DNA from: an uncultured Candidatus Saccharibacteria bacterium
Lineage (GTDB): Bacteria > Patescibacteriota > Minisyncoccia > 2-02-FULL-40-12 > GWA2-44-9
Direction: 5' to 3'
Length of the DNA stretch: 64,000 nucleotides
NCBI GenBank assembly: GCA_964479835.1
Contig: CAYZRE010000001.1
Span: forward strand, 31,630-95,629
Below the pieces are notes generated by a model that saw only the letters and a program-made list of their open reading frames with translations, had not been told where the DNA came from and did no database searches. The translations under genes and the position numbers were made by a program. Shown here piece after piece: positions 28,675 to 39,375 of the stretch (within the stretch, counting starts at the first letter, position 1; each line of letters opens with the position of its first letter).

Positions 28675-29964
28675 ATGCCGAAAGAACAGGATTTAATGGA
28701 TGCAGTCGTCTCGCTCTGCAAGCGGCGCGGGTTTGTGTACCCGGGCTCGGAGATTTACGGAGGGCTTGCCAATAGCTGGGACTACGGCCCGTTGGGCACG
28801 GAGCTGAAAAATAACATCAAGCAATTGTGGTGGAAGAAGTTCGTGCAGTCACGCGATGACATGGTGGGTATCGATGCTGCGCTCATTATGAATCCCAAAG
28901 TATGGGAAGCATCGGGGCATATCTCACACTTCAGCGACCCGCTCGTAGAATGCAAGAAATGCCATACGAGATTTCGCGCTGACCAGATTAAAGGGGAGTG
29001 CACGAATTGTGGCGCGAAAGAGTTCACGGAAGCAAAGCAGTTCAACATGATGCTCAAGACATTCCTTGGACCTGCCGAAGAAGAAGCAAATGTTGTCTAT
29101 TTCCGTCCTGAGACGGCGCAGGCGATGTTCGTAGATTTCAAGAATGTCCTCGATACATCCCGAAAAACATTGCCGTTTGGTATCGCTCAAATCGGAAAAG
29201 CATTCCGCAACGAAATAACCCCGGGCAACTTTATTTTCCGCACGCGCGAGTTCGAACAGATGGAAATTGAGTACTTCGTCCGCGAGAATGAATGGGAACA
29301 GCATTTTGAATACTGGCAGAAACAGATGCGCGAATGGGTCACAGAAATCGGCATCGATTCGTCACATATCCACGAAGTCGATATTCCCGACGGCGAGCGT
29401 GCCCACTACTCAAAGCGCACGATCGATTTTGAATATGACTACCCGTTCGGTCAGAAGGAGCTCTATGGTTTGGCGTATCGCACTGATTTTGATTTGAGGA
29501 ATCACTTCAAGGAACCGCCGTACAAAGACCCACAAACAAGCGAAGCATCATATCCGCATGTCGTTGAACCCACCTGGGGCGTCGATCGGTCAGTGTTGGT
29601 AGCGCTTCTGGAAGCATACAGAGAGGAAGAAGACCGGGTTGTCCTGAAATTGCCGCCCAAACTCGCACCGTTCAAGGCGGCAGTTTTTCCGTTGTTGAAA
29701 AATAAGCCGGAGTTGGTGGCGAAAGCGAAAGAAATCTACGCTGTGCTCCGCAAAGATTTTACTGTTGACTGGGATGACCGTGGTAACATCGGCAAACGCT
29801 ACTATGCGCAGGATGAAATCGGCACACCTGCCTGCATTACCATCGACTTCGACACACTTGAGAATGAAACGGTCACCGTGCGCGACCGTGACACGAAGGA
29901 ACAAAAACGAGTTGCCATCACCGAACTTTCTGCTCTCATCGACGCCTCTCTAGCGGCGCATTGA
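28675..29964 (+). CDS. glyQS: glycyl-tRNA synthetase (alpha2 type)
   Basis: LCKRRGF, RPETAQ, FRNEI, RTREFEQME and IGKRY..QDEIGTP motifs. Confidence 0.97.
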   Translation: MPKEQDLMDAVVSLCKRRGFVYPGSEIYGGLANSWDYGPLGTELKNNIKQLWWKKFVQSRDDMVGIDAALIMNPKVWEASGHISHFSDPLVECKKCHTRFRADQIKGECTNCGAKEFTEAKQFNMMLKTFLGPAEEEANVVYFRPETAQAMFVDFKNVLDTSRKTLPFGIAQIGKAFRNEITPGNFIFRTREFEQMEIEYFVRENEWEQHFEYWQKQMREWVTEIGIDSSHIHEVDIPDGERAHYSKRTIDFEYDYPFGQKELYGLAYRTDFDLRNHFKEPPYKDPQTSEASYPHVVEPTWGVDRSVLVALLEAYREEEDRVVLKLPPKLAPFKAAVFPLLKNKPELVAKAKEIYAVLRKDFTVDWDDRGNIGKRYYAQDEIGTPACITIDFDTLENETVTVRDRDTKEQKRVAITELSALIDASLAAH

Positions 29965-30021
29965 CGAGAAGAAAAATTCTTGTATTAGTGGAATCAGTTT
30001 CATTTCCAATGAGGAGGCGCT

Positions 30022-30981
30022 ATGCGCACAATGCTCGTGGCAATGCTCGTGGCGCTCTCCTTGAGCGCCTGTGGTGGAAAAGGCGGTTCACCGACTGTCC
30101 CCAGTGATGGCCCGGTTTCATTCACTCTGACCATTCGTGCCGCGCGCTTGCCACAGGATCCGATTGTCGGCGCAATTGTTGCGACGGATGATTCCCGCGA
30201 GTACAACACCGATGGCGAGGGAATCGTTTCGTTGAGCCTGACTGATGTGGGCAGGAGACTGCGCGTTACGGCACACGGCTACACTGGCCCCAGCACTATC
30301 ATCTTCCGGCCTAACGGGCAGGGGATGACGCATTATCTGTTGCCCGACGATGCCGAGATGCCGTACTCCTGGCTCAAAGAGGCGTTCTACCGTAGCGACG
30401 ACGGCCAATGGTTGTGGCGTCCGATGCCCGGGCGTCTGGATGTAGAGCTGTCCAACGAAGGCAGAGCAGACTCCCGAGTGTCCGACGCGCTTGCGTGGGG
30501 CTCGGACACGCTCAACAATGCCCAACGCCAGGTTTCCTTCAATGTTGTCGGAGCGGGTCAGACCGGTGCGGTAAAGATATACCGCGACCCATCTGACCCC
30601 GTCTTTCGGACAGCGGGTTACGAAAATGTGTGGGCGTTCACCGCCATTACGACCAGCGGTCCCGTTGTCGTCGGAGCGCGCATTGTTTGGAAGTTTTTCT
30701 TGGACTACCCAAACAGTGCCTTGCCCGAGCACATCGGCAAAGCGATGGGCCACGAGCTTGGCCATGTCATCGGTATCCAGGGGCATCCCTGTTGCGGTGG
30801 CATCATGAACTCGCCGCTCGTTCTACAGGATTTCAGTCAGCAGGAAAAAGAAGCATTCGGCTATCTGTTCCTGCGTCCACCCGGTACCCGTCCGCCTGAC
30901 AACCTGGCGGCAGCACCACAGATGTCGGCTTCATCAAGAGGTGAGCGGCGCGAGATGCTGGTCTGTGTCCTTCGTCAGTGA
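30022..30981 (+). CDS. lipoprotein with metzincin-like zinc peptidase motif
   Basis: Lipobox LSA-C, HELGHVIGIQGH and a downstream Met-turn (IMN); GAGGAGG SD; terminator at 30986-31013. Confidence 0.8.
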   Translation: MRTMLVAMLVALSLSACGGKGGSPTVPSDGPVSFTLTIRAARLPQDPIVGAIVATDDSREYNTDGEGIVSLSLTDVGRRLRVTAHGYTGPSTIIFRPNGQGMTHYLLPDDAEMPYSWLKEAFYRSDDGQWLWRPMPGRLDVELSNEGRADSRVSDALAWGSDTLNNAQRQVSFNVVGAGQTGAVKIYRDPSDPVFRTAGYENVWAFTAITTSGPVVVGARIVWKFFLDYPNSALPEHIGKAMGHELGHVIGIQGHPCCGGIMNSPLVLQDFSQQEKEAFGYLFLRPPGTRPPDNLAAAPQMSASSRGERREMLVCVLRQ

Positions 30982-31059
30982 CCCCGGGCCGCGAGCTACC
31001 CTCGCGGCCCTTTATATTCTGCCTTTGCCGCTTCTTCGATTCTGGGTTACCATTTCGAC

Positions 31060-31533
31060 ATGCCAAAAGTCACACTACTTAAAAAGAAAAGCTATCTGGC
31101 CATGGTGCGCAATGCTGCCAAGGGGGGAAATTATATGTTTCAGAACAAGTACGCCCTGGTTGATGGGGTAGAGCACGATATCCTTGATGGGGGAGCGCTC
31201 TCGTGTTCGTTCTTCCTCTCTGGCGTGCTTTATGTGAACAAGCTTATTAAAGACATGCATACTAATATGCTTGGTCTGGAAAAAGATCTGGAAGCCAGCG
31301 GATGGCAGCAAGTCACAGAATTACGCGAAGGAGCGCTGCTGGTGTGGGAGGCCCGCCCGCCGGTCAAGGAGCGTTCGTGGGAGCCGACGCAACTCCACGC
31401 GGGAATCTATATCGGCAATGAGCGAGCAGTATCAAATGGCTCCAATACAACACTAATGCCCGAAGAACATCACTACACCTACGACGGTGCTCGCAAGATT
31501 TCTCGCATCTGGTGGCACCCGGAGTTGGAATAG
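31060..31533 (+). CDS. NlpC/P60-like papain-fold protein
   Basis: SCSFFLS Cys motif and HAGIYIG His motif with a typical G.L..W spacer; fold inferred. Confidence 0.65.
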   Translation: MPKVTLLKKKSYLAMVRNAAKGGNYMFQNKYALVDGVEHDILDGGALSCSFFLSGVLYVNKLIKDMHTNMLGLEKDLEASGWQQVTELREGALLVWEARPPVKERSWEPTQLHAGIYIGNERAVSNGSNTTLMPEEHHYTYDGARKISRIWWHPELE

Positions 31534-31620
31534 TTGCATTTCTCTTAAAAATGGGTTATGATGGAACTTGCATTTAGCCCGGTGACAGCGGGTATACTCC
31601 CGAGTTACCGTTGGCCCGAT

Positions 31621-31694
31621 GCGGGCGTAGCTCAGCTGGTTAGAGCGTCCCCCTGTCACGGGGAAGGTCACCGGTTCGAATCCGGCCGCCCGCG
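31621..31694 (+). tRNA. tRNA-Asp(GTC)
   Basis: GCGGGCG/CGCCCGC-G acceptor, loop CT-GTC-AC, GGTTCGAATCC T-arm. Confidence 0.93.
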
Positions 31695-31745
31695 CAGATA
31701 CCAAAAGCGCTCACATAGGGGGCGCTTTTGGTATACTATAACCAT

Positions 31746-32126
31746 ATGCGCATCAAGCCTTCATTGGTAACAGGTGCAGCCACAATCGTGGCGCTCGCGG
31801 CCGTGGGCGTCGTGGTATTGGCGACCGAGCCGTCACAGGATCAGCAGGAACTGATAATGCTGTTGTGGGCCGCATTGTTTCTGACGATGTGGGGTTTTAT
31901 GTGCACACTCCTTTTATTGATGCGGCAAACGATTGCACAGGCTCTGTGGACTGCGCTACCACCGGCGGTAGCGGCCGTTGGCCTGCTGGCAGCACTCCAT
32001 CGCGGAGTGCTGGGACAACGATTGCTTGAGGGTATTATTTTGACTACAGTGGTGCTATCCTCCGTTATCCGGTGGAAGCTTCGCCGGGAAAAAGCGCATA
32101 CAGGGCACACTTCAGAAAATCAATGA
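31746..32126 (+). CDS. small membrane protein
   Basis: About 4 TM segments; start at ATG 31746. Confidence 0.75.
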   Translation: MRIKPSLVTGAATIVALAAVGVVVLATEPSQDQQELIMLLWAALFLTMWGFMCTLLLLMRQTIAQALWTALPPAVAAVGLLAALHRGVLGQRLLEGIILTTVVLSSVIRWKLRREKAHTGHTSENQ

Positions 32127-33259
32127 ACATCACCATAGAGACGCCGGAAGCATTAGCGATTCGCAAACATCTGGAAGCGAGACACGACGCAGTCAGCGAG
32201 CGGCTGAAGCGCTTTTTAGCACTGCCAGACCTGTCACGCACCCCGGGAAGCCCCATCAATGAGCTAGCCGAACGGATTACTTCTATCCCGGACTTTAAAG
32301 ACTTTGATATCGTTGATGTCCCGGAAATCGTGCCTGCGGACAAAAGCTTCGACCTCTTTGATTTTGCTGCCGACCATCCGGCCCGCAGTCCGTCTGATAC
32401 CTATTATGTCGACGGCAATACTATCCTGCGTACGCACACGACGATCTCGTGGTATTACTACCTGACATCGGACCGGGCAAAAGAAAAGATTAAGAATCAT
32501 GAGCCGCTCGGCGTCTTCACCTACGGAAAGGTATACCGCAAAGACGAGATCGATCGGAATCACATGAATATCTTCCATCAGATGGACGGCTATTACCTGA
32601 TGCCGAAAGACAAAGGCATCGTGAGCGTTGATGACCTGAAGGATGTCCTCACAAAAATAGCGCAGGCGGTATTCGGACCGGATGTGAAGTATCGCTTCAA
32701 TGCGGATAATTTTCCGTATACTGATCCGAGTTTAGAGATGGAGATCGATAAAGGCGGAAAGTGGGTTGAAGTGCTGGGAAGCGGCATGGTGAAGGGGAGT
32801 GTACTGGAAAAACTGGGCATTGATTCGTCTCGCTACACAGGTTGGGCGTTCGGATTCGGCCTTGAGCGTTTGGCAATTATCAGCATGGAGCTACCTGATA
32901 TCCGGTTGCTGTGGTCCCATGACCCGCGCGTGTTGAAGCAGTTGAAGCTCGGAAGCAAATTCAAAGAAGTGAGTAAATTCCCGCCGATTACACGAGATAT
33001 TTCTTTTATCGTGCCGAAAGATTTTACGCCGAATAATTACTTTGACCTCATCCGTGATCTTGGCGGCCAGCTGGTCGAGGAAGTCACTCTCTTAGATCAT
33101 TACGACAATGACGATAAGTTCGGGTCGGACAATACCAGCTATACCTACCGCATCGTCTACCGCTCCAACGAGCGCACGCTTGCCACGGCTGAAATCGATC
33201 CGATTCAGGCGAAAATCACCCAAGAGACTATCTCCCAGTTTGGCGCGCAGGTCCGATAG
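32123..33259 (+). CDS. single-chain (organellar-type) phenylalanyl-tRNA synthetase
   Basis: HPAR...DTYY, LRTHT, YRKDEID..H, FPYTDPS and GWAFGFGLERL catalytic motifs fused to a C-terminal FDX-ACB domain (SKFPPITRDISF...RTL). Confidence 0.93.
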   Translation: MNITIETPEALAIRKHLEARHDAVSERLKRFLALPDLSRTPGSPINELAERITSIPDFKDFDIVDVPEIVPADKSFDLFDFAADHPARSPSDTYYVDGNTILRTHTTISWYYYLTSDRAKEKIKNHEPLGVFTYGKVYRKDEIDRNHMNIFHQMDGYYLMPKDKGIVSVDDLKDVLTKIAQAVFGPDVKYRFNADNFPYTDPSLEMEIDKGGKWVEVLGSGMVKGSVLEKLGIDSSRYTGWAFGFGLERLAIISMELPDIRLLWSHDPRVLKQLKLGSKFKEVSKFPPITRDISFIVPKDFTPNNYFDLIRDLGGQLVEEVTLLDHYDNDDKFGSDNTSYTYRIVYRSNERTLATAEIDPIQAKITQETISQFGAQVR

Positions 33260-33267
33260 TAAACGGC

Positions 33268-33297
33268 TCGCCGCCGCGGCGTCCTGTCGAGGACTAC
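33268..33297 (-). repeat. GTAG-type REP-like palindrome, copy 1
   Basis: Matches 45628-45657 at 28 of 30 nt. Confidence 0.75.
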
Positions 33298-33388
33298 CTC
33301 CGGGATAACAAGCCGTTTAAATGGCCATTTATGGGCCTTTTCTGATGGCCTGGGGGTGTTGATTTCCTATACCAAAAGAGTAGAATAA

Positions 33389-35518
<2,130 letters not shown>

Positions 35519-35565
35519 CGCTTTGGGGCAGTTCTGGTACTATGCCCCCATCGCCTCCGGGCGCT

Positions 35566-35640
35566 TTTGATTCCAATTTGTCTATACAAATTGGAATCAG
35601 GCAGATTTGATGCCGATAGGCCTAATCAAATCTGAGTTAC
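35566..35640. repeat. double-hairpin element, copy A
   Basis: 14-bp hairpin, then GGCAGA-[stem]-TCTGAGTTAC; same architecture as 37594-37669. Confidence 0.65.
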
Positions 35641-35657
35641 ATTGTATACTCAAGCCG

Positions 35658-35840
35658 ATGGACAAATTTATCACATTCTTGCGCGAAGTGCGCGTCGAGC
35701 TGGGCAAGGTCACCTGGCCTTCCCGGCAGCAACTGCTCGCCTATACCGGGGTTGTGCTTGGGTTGTGCTTATTTTTCGCCCTCTTTCTGGGGGGTCTTGA
35801 TACAGTTTTTGGGTGGGTCCTCAACCGCCTGGTCGGGTAA
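35658..35840 (+). CDS. secE: preprotein translocase subunit SecE
   Basis: FLREVRVELGKVTWP plus one TM. Confidence 0.95.
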   Translation: MDKFITFLREVRVELGKVTWPSRQQLLAYTGVVLGLCLFFALFLGGLDTVFGWVLNRLVG

Positions 35841-35857
35841 ACCATTATCTTCACTCC

Positions 35858-36403
35858 ATGCCGAAGCAAGTAATCACCGGTCAGCGCGAATGGTATGCGA
35901 TTCATACCTATTCAGGATACGAGGATAGCGTTGCCCGTAGTCTCAACCAGCGCGTCGAATCACTTGGCTTCGAGGGAAAGATTTTCAATATTTTGGTTCC
36001 CAAAGAGAAAAAAATCCGGGTTAAAGGCGGCAAGCGCGAGGTCGTGGAGGAAAAGATTTATCCCGGCTATGTACTCGTAGAAATGATTGTTTCCGATGAC
36101 AGTTGGTATGTCGTTCGTAATACACCCAGTGTCACCGGTTTTATCGGGGCAGGAACCACGCCAACGCCGCTGGCCCGGTCAGAGGTGGACACCCTGTTGG
36201 CTCGCATGGGCGTTGAGGAGCCCAAGTATAAGGTGGATGTCGTGGTAGGTGAACGGGTCAAGATTTCCGACGGCCCCTTCAAGGACTTTGACGGTAAGGT
36301 CAGCGAAGTTGATGTGGAGAAGGGTCGGGTCAAGGTGCTGGTTACCATTTTCGGTCGCGAGACACCCGTCGAATTGGATTTCCTTCAGATGAAGAAACTG
36401 TAA
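35858..36403 (+). CDS. nusG: transcription termination/antitermination factor NusG
   Basis: [20 protein letters not shown] motif, [10 protein letters not shown]. Confidence 0.98.
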   Translation: MPKQVITGQREWYAIHTYSGYEDSVARSLNQRVESLGFEGKIFNILVPKEKKIRVKGGKREVVEEKIYPGYVLVEMIVSDDSWYVVRNTPSVTGFIGAGTTPTPLARSEVDTLLARMGVEEPKYKVDVVVGERVKISDGPFKDFDGKVSEVDVEKGRVKVLVTIFGRETPVELDFLQMKKL

Positions 36404-36426
36404 TTTATCACTTATCATTTCCCCAC

Positions 36427-36849
36427 ATGGCAAAGAAAATAAAAACAATCGTCAAACTGCAGGTCGAAGGTGCCCGCGCCACGCCGGCGCCACCGGTCGG
36501 TACTGCACTCGGACCGCATGGCATTAATCTGCAACAGTTTGTGATGCAGTTCAACGAGGCGACCAAAGATAAGGCCGGCCAGGTAACACCGGTAGAAATC
36601 ACTATCTTCGAAGATCGTTCGTTCGAATTCAAACTCAAAACCCCGCCTGCAGCATATCTGTTGCGTGTTGCAGCCGGTCTGGAGAAGGGAAGCGGAGAGC
36701 CCAACAAGAATAAAGTTGGCTCCGTGACAAAAGCACAACTCAAAGAAATCGCCACACAGAAAATGGACGACCTTAACGCCAATGATATCGATGCCGCGAT
36801 GGAAGTCATCGCCGGCACTGCCCGCAGTATGGGTATTGAGGTGAAATAA
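36427..36849 (+). CDS. rplK: 50S ribosomal protein L11
   Basis: [17 protein letters not shown] and GTARSMG motifs. Confidence 0.98.
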   Translation: MAKKIKTIVKLQVEGARATPAPPVGTALGPHGINLQQFVMQFNEATKDKAGQVTPVEITIFEDRSFEFKLKTPPAAYLLRVAAGLEKGSGEPNKNKVGSVTKAQLKEIATQKMDDLNANDIDAAMEVIAGTARSMGIEVK

Positions 36850-36865
36850 TTCCGTTCTCGTCTCG

Positions 36866-36898
36866 GTAAGACCCCTCCTTGCGGAGGGGTCTTACTTT
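36866..36898 (+). terminator. terminator directly after rplK
   Basis: GTAAGACCCCTCC-ttgc-GGAGGGGTCTTAC-TTT. Confidence 0.8.
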
Positions 36899-36933
36899 GG
36901 TATGCTGGCAATCCAGTTCTTTAGGAGGAATTC

Positions 36934-37566
36934 ATGATTATTCTGCTGGAGGGCGCAGAAGGAGCCGGTAAGACCACCAACGCCAAGCGACTGGAAGAGC
37001 ATCTCCGGCTTGCGGGTGTCGACGTGCTGTATACCCGTGAACCGGGAGGCAATCCAATCAGCGAGGCCATTCGCGGAATTCTACTGGACCCCATGTATGC
37101 GGGGCAGGTTGACCCACTGGCCGAGTTCTTCCTGTTTCAGGCCTCGCGAGTTCAGTTCATCAACCATGTCCTGCGGCCTGCCACCGAGGCCGGCCGGACG
37201 GTCATCTTGGACCGCTACGCTCTCTCGACAATCGCGTACCAGATCGCGGGGCGGGGATTGCCGATGGCGCAGTGTCTCAACGCAATCGAATTTGCCCTCG
37301 GCGGACTGTTGCCGGATCTGACATTCCTGCTGATGGCCAACTACGAGACGGGGCGCGCTCGTCAGGAGCTACAGAAGAAGAAGCTGGATCGGATGGAATC
37401 AGAGACGCGGGAGTTCCACGAGCGGGTTATCGATGGCTACTGGGCCTTCTCTAAGGTCCTCCCGGCATGGAACATCCACACCATCGAGACGGACGGGCTG
37501 CCACCCGACGGCGTGTTCAATCGGATGCTGGACATCATGCGCGCCGAAGAGGGGGTCATCGGGTAG
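36934..37566 (+). CDS. tmk: thymidylate kinase
   Basis: EGAEGAGKTT, TREPGG, DRY..S..AYQ and PDLT motifs. Confidence 0.95.
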   Translation: MIILLEGAEGAGKTTNAKRLEEHLRLAGVDVLYTREPGGNPISEAIRGILLDPMYAGQVDPLAEFFLFQASRVQFINHVLRPATEAGRTVILDRYALSTIAYQIAGRGLPMAQCLNAIEFALGGLLPDLTFLLMANYETGRARQELQKKKLDRMESETREFHERVIDGYWAFSKVLPAWNIHTIETDGLPPDGVFNRMLDIMRAEEGVIG

Positions 37567-37593
37567 TCGGGGGCGTGAGAACGCCCCTTTTTC

Positions 37594-37669
37594 TTCGTCC
37601 TGACATTATATAAACAATGTCAGGACGGGCAGAATCGCAACGCGAAGCGTTTAGGCGATTCTGAGTTAC
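37594..37669. repeat. double-hairpin element, copy B
   Basis: CGTCCTGACATT/AATGTCAGGACG hairpin, then GGCAGA-[stem]-TCTGAGTTAC. Confidence 0.65.
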
Positions 37670-37723
37670 CATAGATAAAAGCTATGTATTCCTGAATATT
37701 TCCATGGTACAGTAGCACTACAC

Positions 37724-39220
37724 ATGACGGAATATCTCACGACAATCGGGCTCGAAGTACATGCGGAGCTGAACACGAAAACAAAGATGTTCTGCGACTG
37801 CGCCAACGACCCATTGGAGAAATCTCCCAACCTGAACATCTGTCCCATCTGTATGGGCCATCCCGGAACGCTCCCGGTTATCAATCGCGGCGCCGTCATG
37901 CGACTCATTGCGGCCGGTTTGGCGCTGGGGTGCAGTATCGAAAAACACTCATTCTTCGAGCGCAAGAATTATTTCTATCCCGACCTCCCCAAGGGCTATC
38001 AGATATCCCAGTTTCAGGTCCCATTTTGTCGGGAGGGCTCGTTGACCGTCAACGGAAAAAAAATTCGCATCGAGCGTATCCATCTGGAAGAGGATGCCGG
38101 AAAGCTGATACATGAGTCGGCAGGTGATGTAACGCTTGCCGATTACAACCGCGCCGGTGTTCCGCTCATGGAGTTGGTCACCCATCCCGACCTTACGCAA
38201 GCCGAAGAGGTGCGCCGGTTTGCCCAAGAGCTTCAACTCATTCTGCGTTACTTGCATGTGTCCGATGCTGACATGGAGAAAGGTCAGATGCGGGTTGAGG
38301 TTAATTTATCCCTACGGCCCAAAGGACAAAAAGAATATGGCACTAAAGTAGAGGTCAAAAATATCAATTCAATTTCTTCCGCCGCAAAGTCGGCCGATTA
38401 TGAAATAAAGAGACAGAGGGAGGTGCTTGAATCGGGCGGGACGCTCGTGCAGGAGACGCGAGGATGGGATGATGTGCATGACAAGACCGTGAGCCAACGA
38501 ATCAAAGAGGGGAGCGCCGACTACCGGTACTTCCCCGAACCCGACCTCCCGCCCATCGTATTTACCGATGAGGAGATAGAAGCCATCCGCGCATCGCTTC
38601 CGGAGCTTCCGGCGGCCCGTCGGGCGCGGTTTGGTCGCGAGTATGGCCTGCCCGAAGGCGATGTGGAAATTTTGACGGTGTTCAAAGAGTTGGGTGATTA
38701 TTTTGAAGAGGTTGTCTCGGAGTTGAAGGCAGAAGACGATCCCATTACGGGCGAGGCATTGAATGGTCTCGCTACGCGAGATCTCGCGAAGCGAGACAAA
38801 CTTTCAAAAGTAGCTGCCAACTGGCTTATCACGCAACTACAGCCGAAGCTCAATGCCGTCTCGGCAGTCCCCCAGGACACAAAAATTACTCCTGCGCTGT
38901 TCGCTGACTTTATCGTCCGTGTGGCGTCAGGACAGATTGGCAGTACCGCCGCACAAGTTGTATTGCAGGCGATGTGGGAGACGGGGGAAGACCCCGAAGA
39001 CATTATTAAATCAAAAGATCTCGCGCAGGTGTCGGATTCCGTATCGATGAATAGCTTTGTTGAGGACGCTATCGCCCAGAGCGAAAAAATCGTTGCCGAC
39101 TTCAAGAGCGGCAAGGAGCCGGCCCTCAAGGCGCTTGTCGGCAAGGTGATGGTGCTCTCCAAAGGCAAGGCGGACCCGCAGGTGGCCGAGCAGATGTTAC
39201 GGGATAAGCTGAGCTCGTAG
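37724..39220 (+). CDS. gatB: Asp/Glu-tRNA amidotransferase subunit B
   Basis: IGLEVH, RKNYFYPDLPKGYQISQ and DYRYFPEPDL motifs. Confidence 0.98.
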   Translation: MTEYLTTIGLEVHAELNTKTKMFCDCANDPLEKSPNLNICPICMGHPGTLPVINRGAVMRLIAAGLALGCSIEKHSFFERKNYFYPDLPKGYQISQFQVPFCREGSLTVNGKKIRIERIHLEEDAGKLIHESAGDVTLADYNRAGVPLMELVTHPDLTQAEEVRRFAQELQLILRYLHVSDADMEKGQMRVEVNLSLRPKGQKEYGTKVEVKNINSISSAAKSADYEIKRQREVLESGGTLVQETRGWDDVHDKTVSQRIKEGSADYRYFPEPDLPPIVFTDEEIEAIRASLPELPAARRARFGREYGLPEGDVEILTVFKELGDYFEEVVSELKAEDDPITGEALNGLATRDLAKRDKLSKVAANWLITQLQPKLNAVSAVPQDTKITPALFADFIVRVASGQIGSTAAQVVLQAMWETGEDPEDIIKSKDLAQVSDSVSMNSFVEDAIAQSEKIVADFKSGKEPALKALVGKVMVLSKGKADPQVAEQMLRDKLSS

Positions 39221-39224
39221 GGTT

Positions 39225-39268
39225 TGTGGATAACACATATTGACGCGACAAGCGACCCGGAATAAGTT
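39225..39268 (+). promoter_or_regulatory. DnaA box plus sigma70 promoter of the orphan sRNA
   Basis: TGTGGATAA (39225-33); TTGACG (39240-45)-17 nt-TAAGTT (39263-68). Confidence 0.6.
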
Positions 39269-39274
39269 GTAGGT

Positions 39275-39351
39275 GGGTCTCAAGAGAAAGAAAGCCAACC
39301 GCAAGGGGAAGCTAGGGAGTGTGTAACAAAACTATATCGCTCTTGGGGCCT
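39275..39351 (+). ncRNA. candidate small structured RNA
   Basis: 5' GGTCTCAAGAG pairs with 3' CTCTTGGGGCC (2 G-U pairs); internal CC-GCAA-GG tetraloop; flanked by promoter and terminator (39353-39388). Confidence 0.6.
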
Positions 39352-39375
39352 ACAAAATGAACCACCATCGGTGGC

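Noticed and set aside
31669-31686. A-C mismatch at the base of the tRNA-Asp T-stem
   Set aside because: A single mismatch in an otherwise canonical tRNA; tolerated, or a sequencing variant.
39275-39351. SRP RNA, RNase P RNA, tmRNA or SAM riboswitch identity for the orphan RNA
   Set aside because: Only fragmentary resemblance; the diagnostic conserved elements are absent and no co-oriented gene follows it.
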